A stretch of 64,000 bases of DNA from Chiloscyllium plagiosum (lineage: Eukaryota), in contig NC_057755.1 of the NCBI RefSeq assembly GCF_004010195.1, positions 11,470,441 through 11,534,440 of the forward strand, written 5' to 3'. The translations under genes and the position numbers were made by a program. Numbering within the stretch: position 1 is the first letter of the stretch; every line of letters starts with the position of its first letter. The notes below the pieces were generated by a model. That model saw only the letters and a list, made by a program, of their open reading frames with translations. It made no database searches and was not told the DNA's origin. Positions 11,901-24,500 of the stretch are shown in pieces.

Positions 11901-12534
11901 CACCCTACCTTACTCAGTCTGGATGGAATGGATGAAGGCTGCTGAGGGATGGACCATAATGTTTATAATTTTTAAAATCTTTCTTGCCTATATGTGGGAG
12001 TAATGCCAGGTCAAAGCAGGGTTGTATATGTCCCACCCTGCTTATAAAAGGAGACAGGGAAAAATTAACACACCACTGCATAAAATGTGTGATGGGGACA
12101 CTTCTAGATACATTACCCAAAGTATGATCATTATTGCCCACTGAATTTGTCTGAGGTTATTCCTGGTTTAAAGTGCCTTGTTATCAGCTCCGATCATAAC
12201 CTTGAGACAGAGCATTGAGACACCTGCTCAAGATCGGGGGAAGTACTTCTGTCCTCATATGCCTGTTATAGAGGGATAGAAATGGCCATTCAGCCCACAT
12301 TACCCTTTTCCCACCCGAAGCAGTGGAAAGATGGATTGTAGGCTAATTTTGCAAAGTGAATCATTTAAAACAAAGAAAAGAGTAACTGCAGCTGGACGGT
12401 GTTATTGAGAGGACACCTAGAGTACTTTGTGTTGTTTGTGTTTATGTAACTGAGCAGGGAGGGACCTCCATCAGATACAATTTACCAGCTGGCCATAATC
12501 CACGGGTTTCTATATAATTTAATGTCTCAAGCCT

Positions 12535-12730
12535 GTTACAGAGGCACAGGAGGAGACCATTCAGCCTCTAGAGTCCGTTACAGAGGGACAGGAGGAGGCC
12601 AGTCAGCCTCTAGAGTCCGTTACAGAGGGACTGGAGGAGGATATTCAGAGAATCAGGCCTGATGCAAAGGGACTGGAGGATGCCTTTCAGCTCCTCGAGC
12701 ATTTACAGAAGAACAGGAGGAAGCCATTCA
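12535..12730. repeat. ~42-bp minisatellite, about 5 copies
   Basis: Unit gttacagagggacaggaggaggccagtcagcctctagagtcc; copies 1-3 nearly identical. Confidence 0.85.
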
Positions 12731-13014
12731 AATTTTCAAGACTGTTACATAGTAACTATTAGTTTTAAACTAGTTATGGAAAAGGATAGATCTGATGTAA
12801 ACATTCTAGTTCTAATATGGAGTAAGGCCAGTTTTGAAAGTGTTAGACAAGCACTTTGAAAGGCTGATTGGGAGACTGTCTTCACAGGCAAGGGGATGTT
12901 TGGAAAATGGAAGGCCTTAAAAGATGAATTAAGAGAGTACAGAGACATTGTGTTCCTACTCGTAAGATGGGCAAGGCTGGTGGGTGGAGAGCTGAAGGAC
13001 TAGTGACATTGATG

Positions 13015-13516
13015 TGTTGCTGGAAAAGTGCAGCAGGTCAGGCAGCATCCAAGGCGCAGGAGAATTGACATTTTGGGCATGAGCCCTTCCTCAGGAATGA
13101 GGAGAGTGTGCCAAGCAGGCTAAGATAAAAGGTAGGGAAGAGGAACTTGGGGGAGGGACGTTGGAAATGCGATAGGTGGGAGGAGTTTCCCCTCCCCCCA
13201 CCTTGTCTCAGTCCCAACCTTCGAACTCCTTCCTACCCTGCAATCCTGCAATCTTCTTCCTGACCCCCACCCCCACTCCGGCCTATCACCCTCACCTTAA
13301 CCTCCTTACACCTATTGCATTTCCAACGCCCCTCTCCCAAGTCCTTCCTCCCTACCTTTTATCTTAACCTGCTGGACATACTCTCCTTATTCCTGAAGAA
13401 GGGCTCATGCCCGAAACGTCGATTCTCCTGCTCCTTTGATGCTGCCTGACCTGCTGCGCTTTTCCAGCAACACATTTTCAGCTCTGATCTCCAGCATCTA
13501 CAGTCCTCATTTTCTC
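13015..13516. mobile_element. ~500-bp fold-back Penelope-derived element with hammerhead core; 15-bp TSD
   Basis: Arms 13015-13180 and ~13305-13475 are near-perfect reverse complements; core at 13393-13420; TSD ctagtgac(a/g)ttgatg at 13000-13014 and 13517-13531. Confidence 0.88.
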
Positions 13517-14751
13517 CTAGTGACGTTGATGCTCTGGTCAAGAAAGCGAAGGAGGCATATGCCAGGTTAACAGAGCTGGAATTGAATGAATCCCTAGAAT
13601 AGCATAAGAGCAGTAGGAATGCAGTCAAGGGAGAAATCGGAGTGGATAAAAAGGGGACATGAGATGCCTTTGGGAATAGGCTTAACAAGACATTGAAGAA
13701 ATTCTGCAAATACAATAATGACAAAAGAATAACTAGGGAGAGAATAGGGCCCCTTAAAGATCAGCAGGACTGTCTGTGTCTGGAGACGCAGGAGACTGGT
13801 AAGGTACTAAATGAATATTCACAGTGGAAAACACTGCAAGAGCGAGAGAAGTCGGAGAAATACAGAGTGATATCATGAAAAGTTTCCATATTGTAAGAAG
13901 TGCTGGATATCTTAATGCGTGCAGGTGGTTTCATCCCTGGCACCTAATCGATTCTATCTCAGAGTTTGTGCTAAGCTATGGAAGTGATTGCTAAGTACTT
14001 TGCTGATATATTTGTAAAGTCAATTGGCATGGGTGAGGTGCCAAAAGACTAGACCGTGGCTAATCGTTAAAGAAAGTAAGGAATAACAAGGGAACGACAG
14101 ACAAGTGAGCCTGATGTCAATGGTGGCTAAGATGCTGGAGGGGATTCGGTGTGATAGGGTATCTGTGCAGAAAGAGAAGGACTGAAGAGGGCTTTGTACA
14201 TGGAAAATTATGTCTCACTAACTTGATGGAAATTTTTGAAGTGACAAAGCAGACTGATGAAGGCAGGACAGTCTACGTTGTCTTTGACGAATTCAGCAAA
14301 ACGTTCGATAAGCTTCCACATGGTAGATCGTTTAGCAAGGTGTGATTGTCTGAAATCCAGGGAGAGATAGCTGTTTGGATGTAAAATTAACTTGAAGTTT
14401 AGCGACAGAGCGTGACAGTGGAGGTTTTGCTATCGGGTTGGAGACTTGTGCTATGTGGTGTGCTGCAACGCTCAGGACTGAATCCACAGCCTTTTGTAAC
14501 AGATCCTTTTAAACTGAATAAACGAGGTACAGTTAGTAAGTTTGTGGATAATTGCAAAATTGGTGAGGCAGTCGGCAGTGAAGAAAATTATATGAGAGTA
14601 CAATGGGACCTTGATTAGCAGGGCCATGGAGTGGCAGGCAGAGATTATTTTAGATAAATGTGAGGAGTTGCATTTTGGGAAGATAAATCAGTGCAAGACT
14701 TACAAGTAGATCCTGTCGAGAGTTGCCAAGCAAAGAGAACTTCATAATAAT

Positions 14752-15097
14752 GATAAAATCCCTACAGAGTAGAAACAGACTATTCAGCCAATTGAGTCCA
14801 CACCGACGCTCTAAAGAGCATCCACCAGACACATCCCTACCCAATCCCTGAATTTTCCATGACTAATTCACATAACCTGCATATGTATGCACACTATGGG
14901 CAATTCTGCATGGCAAATACTCCCTAACTTACATACCCTTGGGCTGTGAGTGGACACTGAAGAATCCAGAGGAAACCCACACAAACACGGGAAGAATGTG
15001 CAAATACCACTCAGCCATACATCCAAAGGTGGAATCGAATCCAGATCTCTAGCGCTGTCAAGCAGCAATGCTAACTTCTGATCCACAACGGTGCCCT
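14752..15097 (-). mobile_element. Older HE1 V-SINE
   Basis: ggaaacccacacaaacacgggaagaatgtgcaaa and gcaatgctaac...acggtgccc are reverse complements of the HE1 V-domain and head. Confidence 0.85.
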
Positions 15098-15959
15098 GTG
15101 GTAGAGGTTTACCATTCCTTGAAGGTGCCGTCACAGGTAGACAGTGTCGTGAGGAATGCATTTGGAACAATTGCCTTTGTTGATTAGTATTTTGGTTATA
15201 GGCGTTTGGATGGCATGTTGCAGCTGAACAGTACATTGGTTCAGCCACTTTCGTCATACTGTCTTAAATTCTGATCTCCCTGATCAACATCTCTCTGAAA
15301 GATGTTGTTCAACTTGAAAGGATGCCAAAAAGATTTACAAGAATGTTGCCGGTTTTCAGAAGTGGGTGAAGGGGTTTTGAGGTACAGGTAGAGTTTGAAT
15401 TGGCTGGGGGGATTTTGCCTGAAGCGTTGAGGTTGAGGAGTGACCTGAAAGAGGTCTGTAAAATCACGAGCGGCCAGGAGACATGTTTGAATACTGGTAT
15501 GTGAAAGAAGTTTAGAAAACGGAGAGGTGGAGATGGAATGACAATGGCATGGAAGGATGTGTTCACTGGTTTCTGAAAGCTGAAGTGAATTTCGATACCA
15601 TCCTGCAACATTAGCTGGTGTTTCCAACAATGAAGAGTGAACTGGATATTGATGTGAGTTCAGATGATGGAGAGTTTTGGATGAACATGTGTACAACAGA
15701 TTTGTAACTGGGAGTGGGGTCTGCAGTCGTCTGCGAGCATCTGAGCTAGTTTTCTTGTGCTATCTTATCAAACTCACCTCATTAACTACCTACTCCACCC
15801 TATGGTGTCCCTCTCTTTCAATGCCAGTCTGATTCTCCAACCTATCATGGCGGAAGGTACTCAGCATCATGTGGATGCCCAAGGATATTTCGTGATCCCC
15901 GGCACTGGTGCCATATTTAAAAGGGCATTGGACATACGGTTGAGCTTTCTCAGTTCAGA

Positions 15960-16140
15960 GCTGTTCGCACAGTTTACCCCGAACATGGCAGATAAGGTAC
16001 AATTGCAACGAGTTTTGTCAACAAGGGCACAGAGGTCCTGGTGGATGGTCTTCTTCGTACAGAGAAGGACCATTCTCTTCCTAGAAGGAGCCACACCACC
16101 AGACCCACCGAGTATGATCAGAGCTCACCACTAGCTCAGT
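15960..16140 (+). mobile_element. Possible Harbinger-type Myb/SANT-like coding remnant
   Basis: Frameshifted EVLVDG / VQRRTILF motif; a similar ILLDGMV..RATL motif lies on the minus strand at ~25850-25990. Confidence 0.3.
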
Positions 16141-16844
16141 GCAGTATCTGTGTTCTGAAGAACTGTCCAGCAATACAGGACAAGCATCAATAACCTTCCC
16201 AGCTCTGCAGTGGAAGTGTCACCGTATCTCTATGCTCCATCACACTCACAGTATATCTGTTATAACACATACCCACCGAACAAGTCTTATGCTCCACCAC
16301 ATTCAGTGCTGTCTACAGCACCATCTCTCTCTCTCTCTTTCTCTCTCTCTATTGCCTTCATTGTACTCCAACATTAATAACACTGCATGAGCCTATCCTG
16401 GGGAACCTTTTCAAACAACTTGCTAAAACCCATGCACAGCGCATTCACTGCTCTAACTGTTTTGTCACATCATTAAGGAATTTAGTAAGGTTTGTGAGGT
16501 ATGGTTCTGCCAGTCACAAAACCACACTAATTATCTCGAATCAAACTATGGTTTTCCAAGCAATCATAAATCCAGTCTCTCCTGTCATTCAGAAAATTCT
16601 CCAATATTTTTCCCACCACAGACACAAAGGATATTCCAGGAATATCCCTATTCACTTTCTTGAACAAGATAATCACATTTGTAAGCCGCTAATGGTATTG
16701 GCAGAACACATGCATTCAATATTGAAAGTTGGGGCCAATACTTTGCATTCGTTTGTAGTAATTCAGTAAATTGAATAAGATTTTAATGAATCCATGCCGA
16801 GCTGAAAGCTGACATTTAAAATGTGACCCAAAATCTCGTTTAGG

Positions 16845-17145
16845 CCTTGTGTAATGTGTATTACCCCTACCTCTGACCCAGAGCTCTGGATTTGATTACA
16901 ATTCTTGAACTTATGAGGGAGGGCCCCTAGGTCTGGAGAAGAAGGTCTGGATTCAAGGACAGCCTGTTGTGAAGGTGTGTCACAGTATGTCAGAACAGGC
17001 TGATAAACAAACAGCCAGAAAAATAATTTCGCGGCTTTTGGGGCTATTGCCTAGTGGTGGTAGTTTCCCTACCTTTGGGTTGAATGGTCGAAGTTCAAAT
17101 ACTACACAGGTGTTTCCTAACATGTCTGAACAGGTTTATTGAAAT
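16845..17145 (+). mobile_element. Tandem degenerate tRNA-like SINE units (about 3)
   Basis: Recurrent ccctacct(c/t)tg...g(a/g)ttcaa...ggtgt..ca..atgtc.gaacagg; inverted relative at ~18950-19035. Confidence 0.4.
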
Positions 17146-17624
17146 GATCTTAGAATTGTGAATCGGGGGAGAAGGAAGAGGTGTCAGTGTTGAATGCCAG
17201 AATTTCGGACGGGATAAATGAAAACACAGTCATTAGTGTTGATTGCATTTAAATTTGCATCTTCTAGAGGTTTATAAAATAAATGAAGGGTATAGATAGA
17301 GTGAAGAGTCACTGTGTTTTCTGCAAGGTAAGGGAGGGCAAAGGATTACAATGAGAGGGGAAAAGCTTTACAGGTACCTGAGGTGCGACCACTTCACACA
17401 GAGGGTGGTGTGTGTCCGGAATCAGCTGGCAGAGGAAGTGTGGAGGCTGGTACACTCACAACATTTAAGAGGCATCTGGATGTATTCAGGTTTGGCGAGC
17501 TTTTCCAGAAACTTCTGTGATTGTTAAAAAGAAGATGTATTAATTTTAACAAACGTATTCTGCAGACATTAAACATTTAATTTTTAAATGAAGCAGTTAC
17601 ATCTAAACATATCTAAAAAAATTT

Positions 17625-17833
17625 GGTGAAAGTGAGGACAGCAAATGCTGTTGATCAGAGTCGAGTGTCGTGTTGCAAAAGCACAGCCAATCAGGCAGCA
17701 TCCGAGGTACAGGAGAGTTGACATTTCGGGCAGAAGGCCTTCATCAGGAAAGGCTTATACATCAAACGTCGATTCTCCTGCTCCTCTGATGCTGCATGAG
17801 CGGCTGGGTTTTTCCAGCACCAAACTGTCGACT
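17625..17833. mobile_element. Older palindromic hammerhead/Penelope-derived element
   Basis: gaaagtgaggacagcaaatgctg...atttcgggcagaaggccttcatcaggaa...aaacgtcgattctcctgctcc. Confidence 0.8.
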
Positions 17834-18450
17834 TCAAACCATTTGGGTCCTTTTTCTGCTGAGGAAATAGCGCATGGACGCACCAACAATGAGCAGGGAA
17901 TATGGTGGAGACATAGTTCGCACAATGTTCAAGGAGACTTCGCATGGCCCATTTTGAGGTCTGACAACATTATTGTGTGATTCCACTCTAAGAGGGAGAA
18001 ACTGTAATCTGTACGAGAAGGGACGGCCTATTGCACTTTCTCTCTTTCCTTGTTCTTCACCACAACAATTTGTGTGAGGTAAAAATGTTTGCATTCCTGA
18101 TGAAGGGCTTTGGCTGGATTTGACCGAAGGGTCTGTTTCCATGTTGTACATCTCTATGACTCTATGTATGTCCTTCATCATCGAATGGTGACATTGATAC
18201 CAATATGTCACATCTACTGCCTGTAAACTTCCGGATCACAGAAGCGAAAGGAAACTGTGATCCAAACAGCCACTGGCAGCACCGTCCTCCTGATGGTGAG
18301 AAGCGGCAGTCATGTTGAAGGAAGTGATACCGCTCTGTGACCATCTACTTGTTCAGTCAGGGTCCCCTCACACTCTGCTCCGGGGTTAAGTGTAGCTTGG
18401 GAAGCTGTTTTAGAAACCTGGGGTGGATACAGCAGATCCCATTCCCCAAA

Positions 18451-18550
18451 CGCGCGCGCGAGCACACACACACATACACACACCCACACACATACACACA
18501 CACATGCACACACAACTCACACGCACACACTCTCTCTCGCTCTCTTTCTC
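18451..18550. repeat. Compound (CG)n/(CA)n/(CT)n microsatellite
   Basis: cgcgcgcgcgagcacacacacacatacaca...tctctctcgctctctttctc. Confidence 0.9.
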
Positions 18551-18661
18551 ATTCCATGATTTCAGAGCTTCCCCACCTTGAAAGCCTCTGCTCCACTTGC
18601 TGTTCATGTTGCGTACCCAGATGCTGTAACTACAGTGCCCATGCTCCGTCCAGAATTGAGT

Positions 18662-18885
18662 CAACACATGGGATACACTGGCAAATGAACAACAACACAG
18701 CACTCACACACCTGTGCATGGAGCATCACATGGGACACATCAGGAAGCGAATGAGAGCCCCACACACAACGCCCCTGTGCATGGAGCCCCACTTGGGACA
18801 CACCAGGAAGTGAATGGGAGAAAGACCGACACACACACCTTTGTTCATGGAACACCACTAAGGACACACCGGGAAGTGAACAACA
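18662..18885. repeat. ~60-66 bp tandem repeat, 3-3.5 copies
   Basis: Recurrent ctgtgcatggagc..cac.tgggacaca.caggaagtgaa. Confidence 0.8.
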
Positions 18886-19049
18886 TTACAAATTAGCTGT
18901 CCAACTGGTTGAGCTAACCAAGCCCTCGCTCAGCTCCAGATTATTTTAATATTAATCTGTTCAGGTATGTTGATTAATCCCTGGAGCAAGTGGAAGCAAG
19001 CTTCCTAGCTCAGAGGGAGGGACATTATCAGTTAGATATAAGATTATTT

Positions 19050-19985
19050 TCTGTCTTCGGCCCAACAATCTTCAGTTGTTTCATAAATGACCATCCCTCC
19101 ACAGTAAAGTCACAAGTGGGTCATTTACCAAAGATTTAACAGTGTTCAACACAATTCGTGATTACTCAGATGAGCAACATATGCAGCCGGGTGCTTAAAA
19201 GTGACAAGTAACATTTGCATTACACACGTACCAGACAACGATCAGCTATAACAATTCAAAATTGAACCATCAACCTCTTACATTCAATGCCATCACCGTC
19301 ACTGAACTGTCAACTACTAATATTCCTGGCATTACTGTTAAACAGAACCAGACTGACAATATCAGTTAATTACCCATTCCTTTGAAGGGCTTATGCTAAA
19401 ACATCGACTCACCTGCGCCTGAGATGCTGCCTGACATGCTGCGCTTTTCTAGCTCCACACATTTGGACCCATTAAATTCATTGGTTACAATAAAATATCA
19501 GAGTCTAGGAACCTGGCAGAAATAACTTACCTCATCATTTCTGAAAGCCTATCCACCATTTATAAGACACACTTTGAATGTGTGTGTGATGAAATACCGC
19601 CATTTGCCTAGCTATGTGCAGCTTTACGCCTCATCCACTGTCACTCAGTAGCAGCAATGCCTGCCATCTACACAGTGCTCTGCAGAAATTTACCAAGGCT
19701 CCTCAAAAAGTACCTCTGAAACCACAACCATCAAGAAGGACAAGGGAAGCAAATATGTGGGACCACCACTGATCATATTCCGTTCCAAAACACCCACCAT
19801 CCTGAGTAAAAATATATTGCTGTTTCATCATTGTCACTGTTAAATGCTCTCTGACGAATTACTTTGTAACTCTACCTACAGTACACGAATTGCAACAGTT
19901 CAATGTGGCAGCTCACCACTACCTTCTTAAGGGCAACAACAGATGAGCAATAAATACTGGCTCAATCATGTTATATGAATAAATT
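19050..19985 (+). mobile_element. 3' part of a second, degenerate LINE family (clade not assigned); includes a small hammerhead-repeat remnant at ~19376-19465
   Basis: GPTIFSCFINDHPSTVKSQVG.FTKD RT-like motif; 3'UTR gcagctcaccactaccttcttaagggcaac...caataaa; the same family occurs at 21560-24900. Confidence 0.65.
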
Positions 19986-19999
19986 AGAATGAAAAATAT

Positions 20000-21120
20000 T
20001 GTCCAAACATATCCAGTGCTGGACACTGAGTTTTGGGTGTTGTAGCGCAGGCCTGTTGGTTCCAGGCAGTTCCTTGCTTGTTGTGAACGGTTAAGGTATA
20101 TGCTGTTTGAAGCAATCTGTCATTTTTCAGAGGCATGGCCTACATACTGAGTATCACACAGAAACTAACATTCACATACCACATCACTGAGTGATAGACA
20201 GAAGCAATTGAAAATGTACTCATATCTGCCTGGAGAATACTTAGACACTCAGTAATATGTTGCCATGAAAAATGCTTATGTGTGAATATTAGTACACAAT
20301 ATTAGTGCAAGGGAAAATAACTGTATATAGTGAAGGTCCTATGCTCTTGGGTACGGTATTGAGACTAACCATTTCAAAGTGACTTACTGTGATTTGTGCA
20401 CGTTTTCATTGTAATGTTGTCATAGGAGTGAGCTGAATAAATGGGTGGATTTTTTGGTTATCCGACAATTGACAAGTAGTGCTTTCCAAGGATGCTGGAC
20501 CTTCAGCAAATAGACTTTGCTGCCTAAGGTTAGAACAATGCTGAAAACATTTACAAAGAATTTATATTCTGAGTCACGCACAATGATGTTGGGCTGAGAT
20601 TATGCTGGCCATCAACGTTGCTGCACAGTTCTGTTTGTATACTGGCATTGTGGAACTGATATGCATTGGATATGGTTTACGAGGGATTCAATGTAAGAGG
20701 CTACGACTACATAAGCCCATATCTTTGTAACTTTCATTCCGGATTGAGTCCAAGGTGCCGAATTACAGAGTTTCAGTGGCACACTTGAAGAGATAAACTT
20801 GCAGGACATGATCGTTGCCAGGTGAATTTTTACAAATGAGTTTGAACTGAGTTTGGACCCTGTGCTACTCCATGAGCCATATATTTCCCTGTTGTTAGGT
20901 CTGTCTCTAAATGGTCTGTTGTGAGGGATTTTGTGAATAACTGGCCAGCTCCAGTATGGACGCTCTCTGGACAGATTTTGGAGATCACCAGTGTTTTGGA
21001 GTATGTGGCGAGGTCCTATATCATTGTGTCTGAATTCAGGCTTTTGTCAAAGCTATTTTCAACTGCTTTGAAATCATTTTCACTGATCTAAGTCATCTGT
21101 TTACTACAATCACTGAATTA
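20000..21120 (-). mobile_element. Highly degenerate Penelope-like ORF remnant (GIY-YIG end at ~20060-20200)
   Basis: Minus strand reads DVVCEC*FLCDTQYVGHAS / TDCFKQHIP, matching a VVY..C.C...YVG.T...RIKQH pattern. Confidence 0.5.
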
Positions 21121-21306
21121 TGTAATCGATAGATGTGTACTCTCGTAATTTAAATAATGTTCAATTCAATTGTTTTCAACAGAAAAAAAGAACAATGATG
21201 CTTGGTTTATTTTAAAGGATGCAAGAAATGAAGTGATTTTAAGTCTTCATTACACAAAAAGTAAACGTGACCTTCCATTTATTTCCCACAGGCTAATCAA
21301 GCAACA

Positions 21307-21504
21307 AGGAGAAAGTGAGGACTGCAGCTGCTGGAGATCAGAGCTGAAAAATGTGTTGCTGGAAAAGCGCAACTGGTCAGGCAGCATCCAAGGAGCAGGA
21401 GAAGCGACTTTCCTGAAGAAGGGCTTATGCCCGAAACGTCTATTCTCCTGCTCCTTGGATGCTGCCTGACCTGCTTCGCTTTTCCAGCAACACATTTTTC
21501 AACT
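21307..21504. mobile_element. Palindromic hammerhead/Penelope-derived element; 14-bp TSD
   Basis: Core at 21413-21440; TSD ctaatcaagcaa(c/t)a at 21293-21306 and 21505-21518. Confidence 0.88.
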
Positions 21505-21559
21505 CTAATCAAGCAATAGTTAAGCATTGGCTGTAAAGCAGGGTTTTGTGAACAGGCTT

Positions 21560-24500
21560 ATGTCCCAGGCAACATCACCATTCTCTCCGGTAGGTTCTGT
21601 CCCACAGACAGGATATGGCCAGGCAGAGGGGGGCAGCTCCTTTTTATCTATGCAGTATAGTGGTCAGCATTGATGCTGGATCCTGGTACTGCTAGGCTGC
21701 TCTGCAGAAGGTTATGTGGGATTCAATGAAAGGGAAACGTAGAATTGACCACATTGTCACCAATCCACCTGCTGCAGATACAACTCTACATTTAATATAT
21801 CGGTAAGAATGTACACGGGACAGTCCTTGTGGGCAGGAAGGACCATCTTCATATTTTATAGACCCTTCTGCATGTAATGTAGCAACCTGTGTGCTGAATG
21901 GGACAGACTTTAAACAACTTGAGTAACTAACAATGAGGCGTCCATGAGATGCAGTGGGTTATCAGCAGCAACAGAATCATACTCTGTACAACTCATACAG
22001 TCTGCGGAAGGACATGACAGGAGTAGCACCGGCCAGACCTAGATTTGAGGGGACAACCTGGAGAAGCTCTTCTTGTCTCCAGCTACAAAACAGGCCAACT
22101 TTCATGCTAAAATGCATACGCAGCAAGTGATGGACAGAGCTCAGTGATCTCACAATCAATGTTTCAGATCTATCTCTGAGGTCCTCAGAGATACGAAGAT
22201 TGGTGGAGTTTGCAGATGATACGAAGATTGGTGGAGTTGTGGATAGTGAGGAGGGCGGTTGTCGGCTGCAAAGGGACTTGGATATGATGCAGAGCTGGGC
22301 AGAGTGGCAGATGGAGTTCAACCCTGCCAAGTGTGAGGTTGTCCATTTTGGAAAGACAAATAAGAATGCGAAATACAGGGTTAACGGTAGGGTTCTTAGT
22401 GAGGTGGAGGAACAGAGGGATCTTGGGGTCTATGTTCATAGATCTTTGAAAGTTGCCACTCAGGTGGATAGAGCTAGTTAGAAGGCCTATTAGCGTTCAT
22501 TAGCAGAGGGATTGAATTCAAGAGTCGTGAAGTGATGTTGCAGCTGTACAGGACTTTGGTTAGGCCACATTTGGTGTACTGTGTGCAGTCCTGGTCGCCT
22601 CACTTTAGGAAATATGTGGAAGCCTTGGAGAGGGTGCAGAGAAGATTTACCAGGATGTTGCCTGGAATGGAGAATAGGTCGTACGAGGATAGGTTGAGCG
22701 TGCTAGGCCTTTTCTCGGTTGGAACGGCGAAGGATGAGGGGTGACTTGATAGAGGTTTATAAGATGATCAGAGGAATAGATAAAGTAGACAGTCAGAAAC
22801 TTTTTCCCCGGGTACAATAGAGTGTTACAAGGGGACATAAATTTAAGGTGGAAGGTATAGGGGGGATGTCAGGGGTGGGTTCTTTACCCAGAGAGTGGTG
22901 TGGGCATGGAATGCGCTGCCTGTGGGAGTGGTAGAGTCAGAATCTTTGGTGACCTTTAAGCGGCAATTGGATAGGTACATGGATGGGTGCTTAAGCTAGG
23001 ACAAATGTTCGGCACAACATCGTGGGCCAAAGGGCCTGTTCTGTGCTGTATTGTTCTATGTCCTGCCACATGTAGTTATGAAAGATCGTGGACAACAAAA
23101 AGAGACCATTGGAGGATGAGGCGGCTCTACAACAATGAAATCCCCAGTTATTGGGCAGCGCAGCACATCAGGGAAAAATAAAGCCGATGCATTTGTAACA
23201 ACGTGTAACAAAGCCAAAAGTTTTGAGCTAGTAATCCATTTCGGCCTACTTCAGTATGTCCCAGTATCACAAGCACCAATCTTTAGGCAATTCTATTCAA
23301 TCCACACGATGTCAAGAAATCTCTGGAGAGACTGGAAACTGAAACTTAACACCAGAGATTGCCACATCTGTAGCCAAGCTTTTCTAATCCAGCAAGGACA
23401 ATTACATCTACCAAGTTTTTCTTGTAAACAAAAAGCAGGGAACTTGCATTGCAGCCCATCACTGAACAATCGGTGTAAATGCTGCCATGAAAATTGTGAA
23501 CGAAGGTGTTAGCATCGATGTGACCAATCAGCAATAACCTATTCAATGTCATTCAGTTAGTGTCCTATCAGGCTCACTCGGCTCCTAACCCCATTGCGAG
23601 CTTAGTTCAAAAGAGTGACATTCCAAAGGGGCAGTGGGAATAATTACTATTAACATCAAGGCATCACATGCAAGTATATGACAATAGTAGCCTGAGTAAA
23701 ATTACTGTTAGTCAGAATATGGAAAGGAACTATCCTTTTTCGAATTATCACCAGCAAACAACAAAGGTTTCTGTCAGTGTCAGTAATTCGAATTCTATGA
23801 CAGCTTTGCAGCTAATCCTCAGGAAATAGAGTGTCCAAGGCTCACCCTTTTTCAGCTGTTGCAATGATCCTCTCTCCATCATAAGGTCAGACGTGGGGGT
23901 GTTCACTGATTATACCAGTTCTGAAATAGTCCATGTTCAAATGCAAAAAGACTAGGAAAGAATTGAAGTTTAGATTGAAAAAAGCAATTAATGATCACGC
24001 CACACAAATAGTAGAGAAATAATGCAATAAAAGAATCAAACTATCCTTCTTTGATTTTCAACAGCATTACCATCACTGAGTCCAGAACATTGTGCTTGTC
24101 AGCATCCTGTGTGCTATCATTGACCGGAAATTGTGCTGGACTAGCCATACAAATAGCACTGTCTTCAAGAGCAGGTCATATGCTAGGAATTCTGTAGTGC
24201 GTAACTAACCTGCTGGCTACCCAATCCTGTGATGAGTTACAACCCAAGATTAACACAGGACAAAAGCAGCCCATTTAATTGCTATCACTTCCACGAATAT
24301 CCACCCCCCTCGCCACTGATGCTCAATTGCAGCAGTGTATGCCAACTACAAGTGTCACTTCAACGAGGCTTATTAGATAGCACCTTCTAAACCCATTGCC
24401 ATCTCGAAGAACATAGGCATCAGGTACTTTGGATAACCAACTTTCTGAAAGCTCGCTCCTTCATACCGTCAGATCGAATGAAGATTGCTTATGATTTCAC

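Larger units (their letters stand above)
12740..15480 (+). mobile_element. Long degenerate CR1 ORF2 (endonuclease end through RT) with two nested insertions
   Basis: ISFKLVMEKDR, RITRERIGPLKDQ, GFVHGKLCLTNLMEIFE, VVFDEFSKTFDKLPHGR, SKFVDNCKIG and cttgaaaggatgccaaaaagatttacaagaatg. Confidence 0.85.

Noticed and set aside
18337..18813. 158-aa His/Thr/Cys-rich ORF
   Set aside because: Openness is explained by the (CA)n microsatellite and the tandem repeat.
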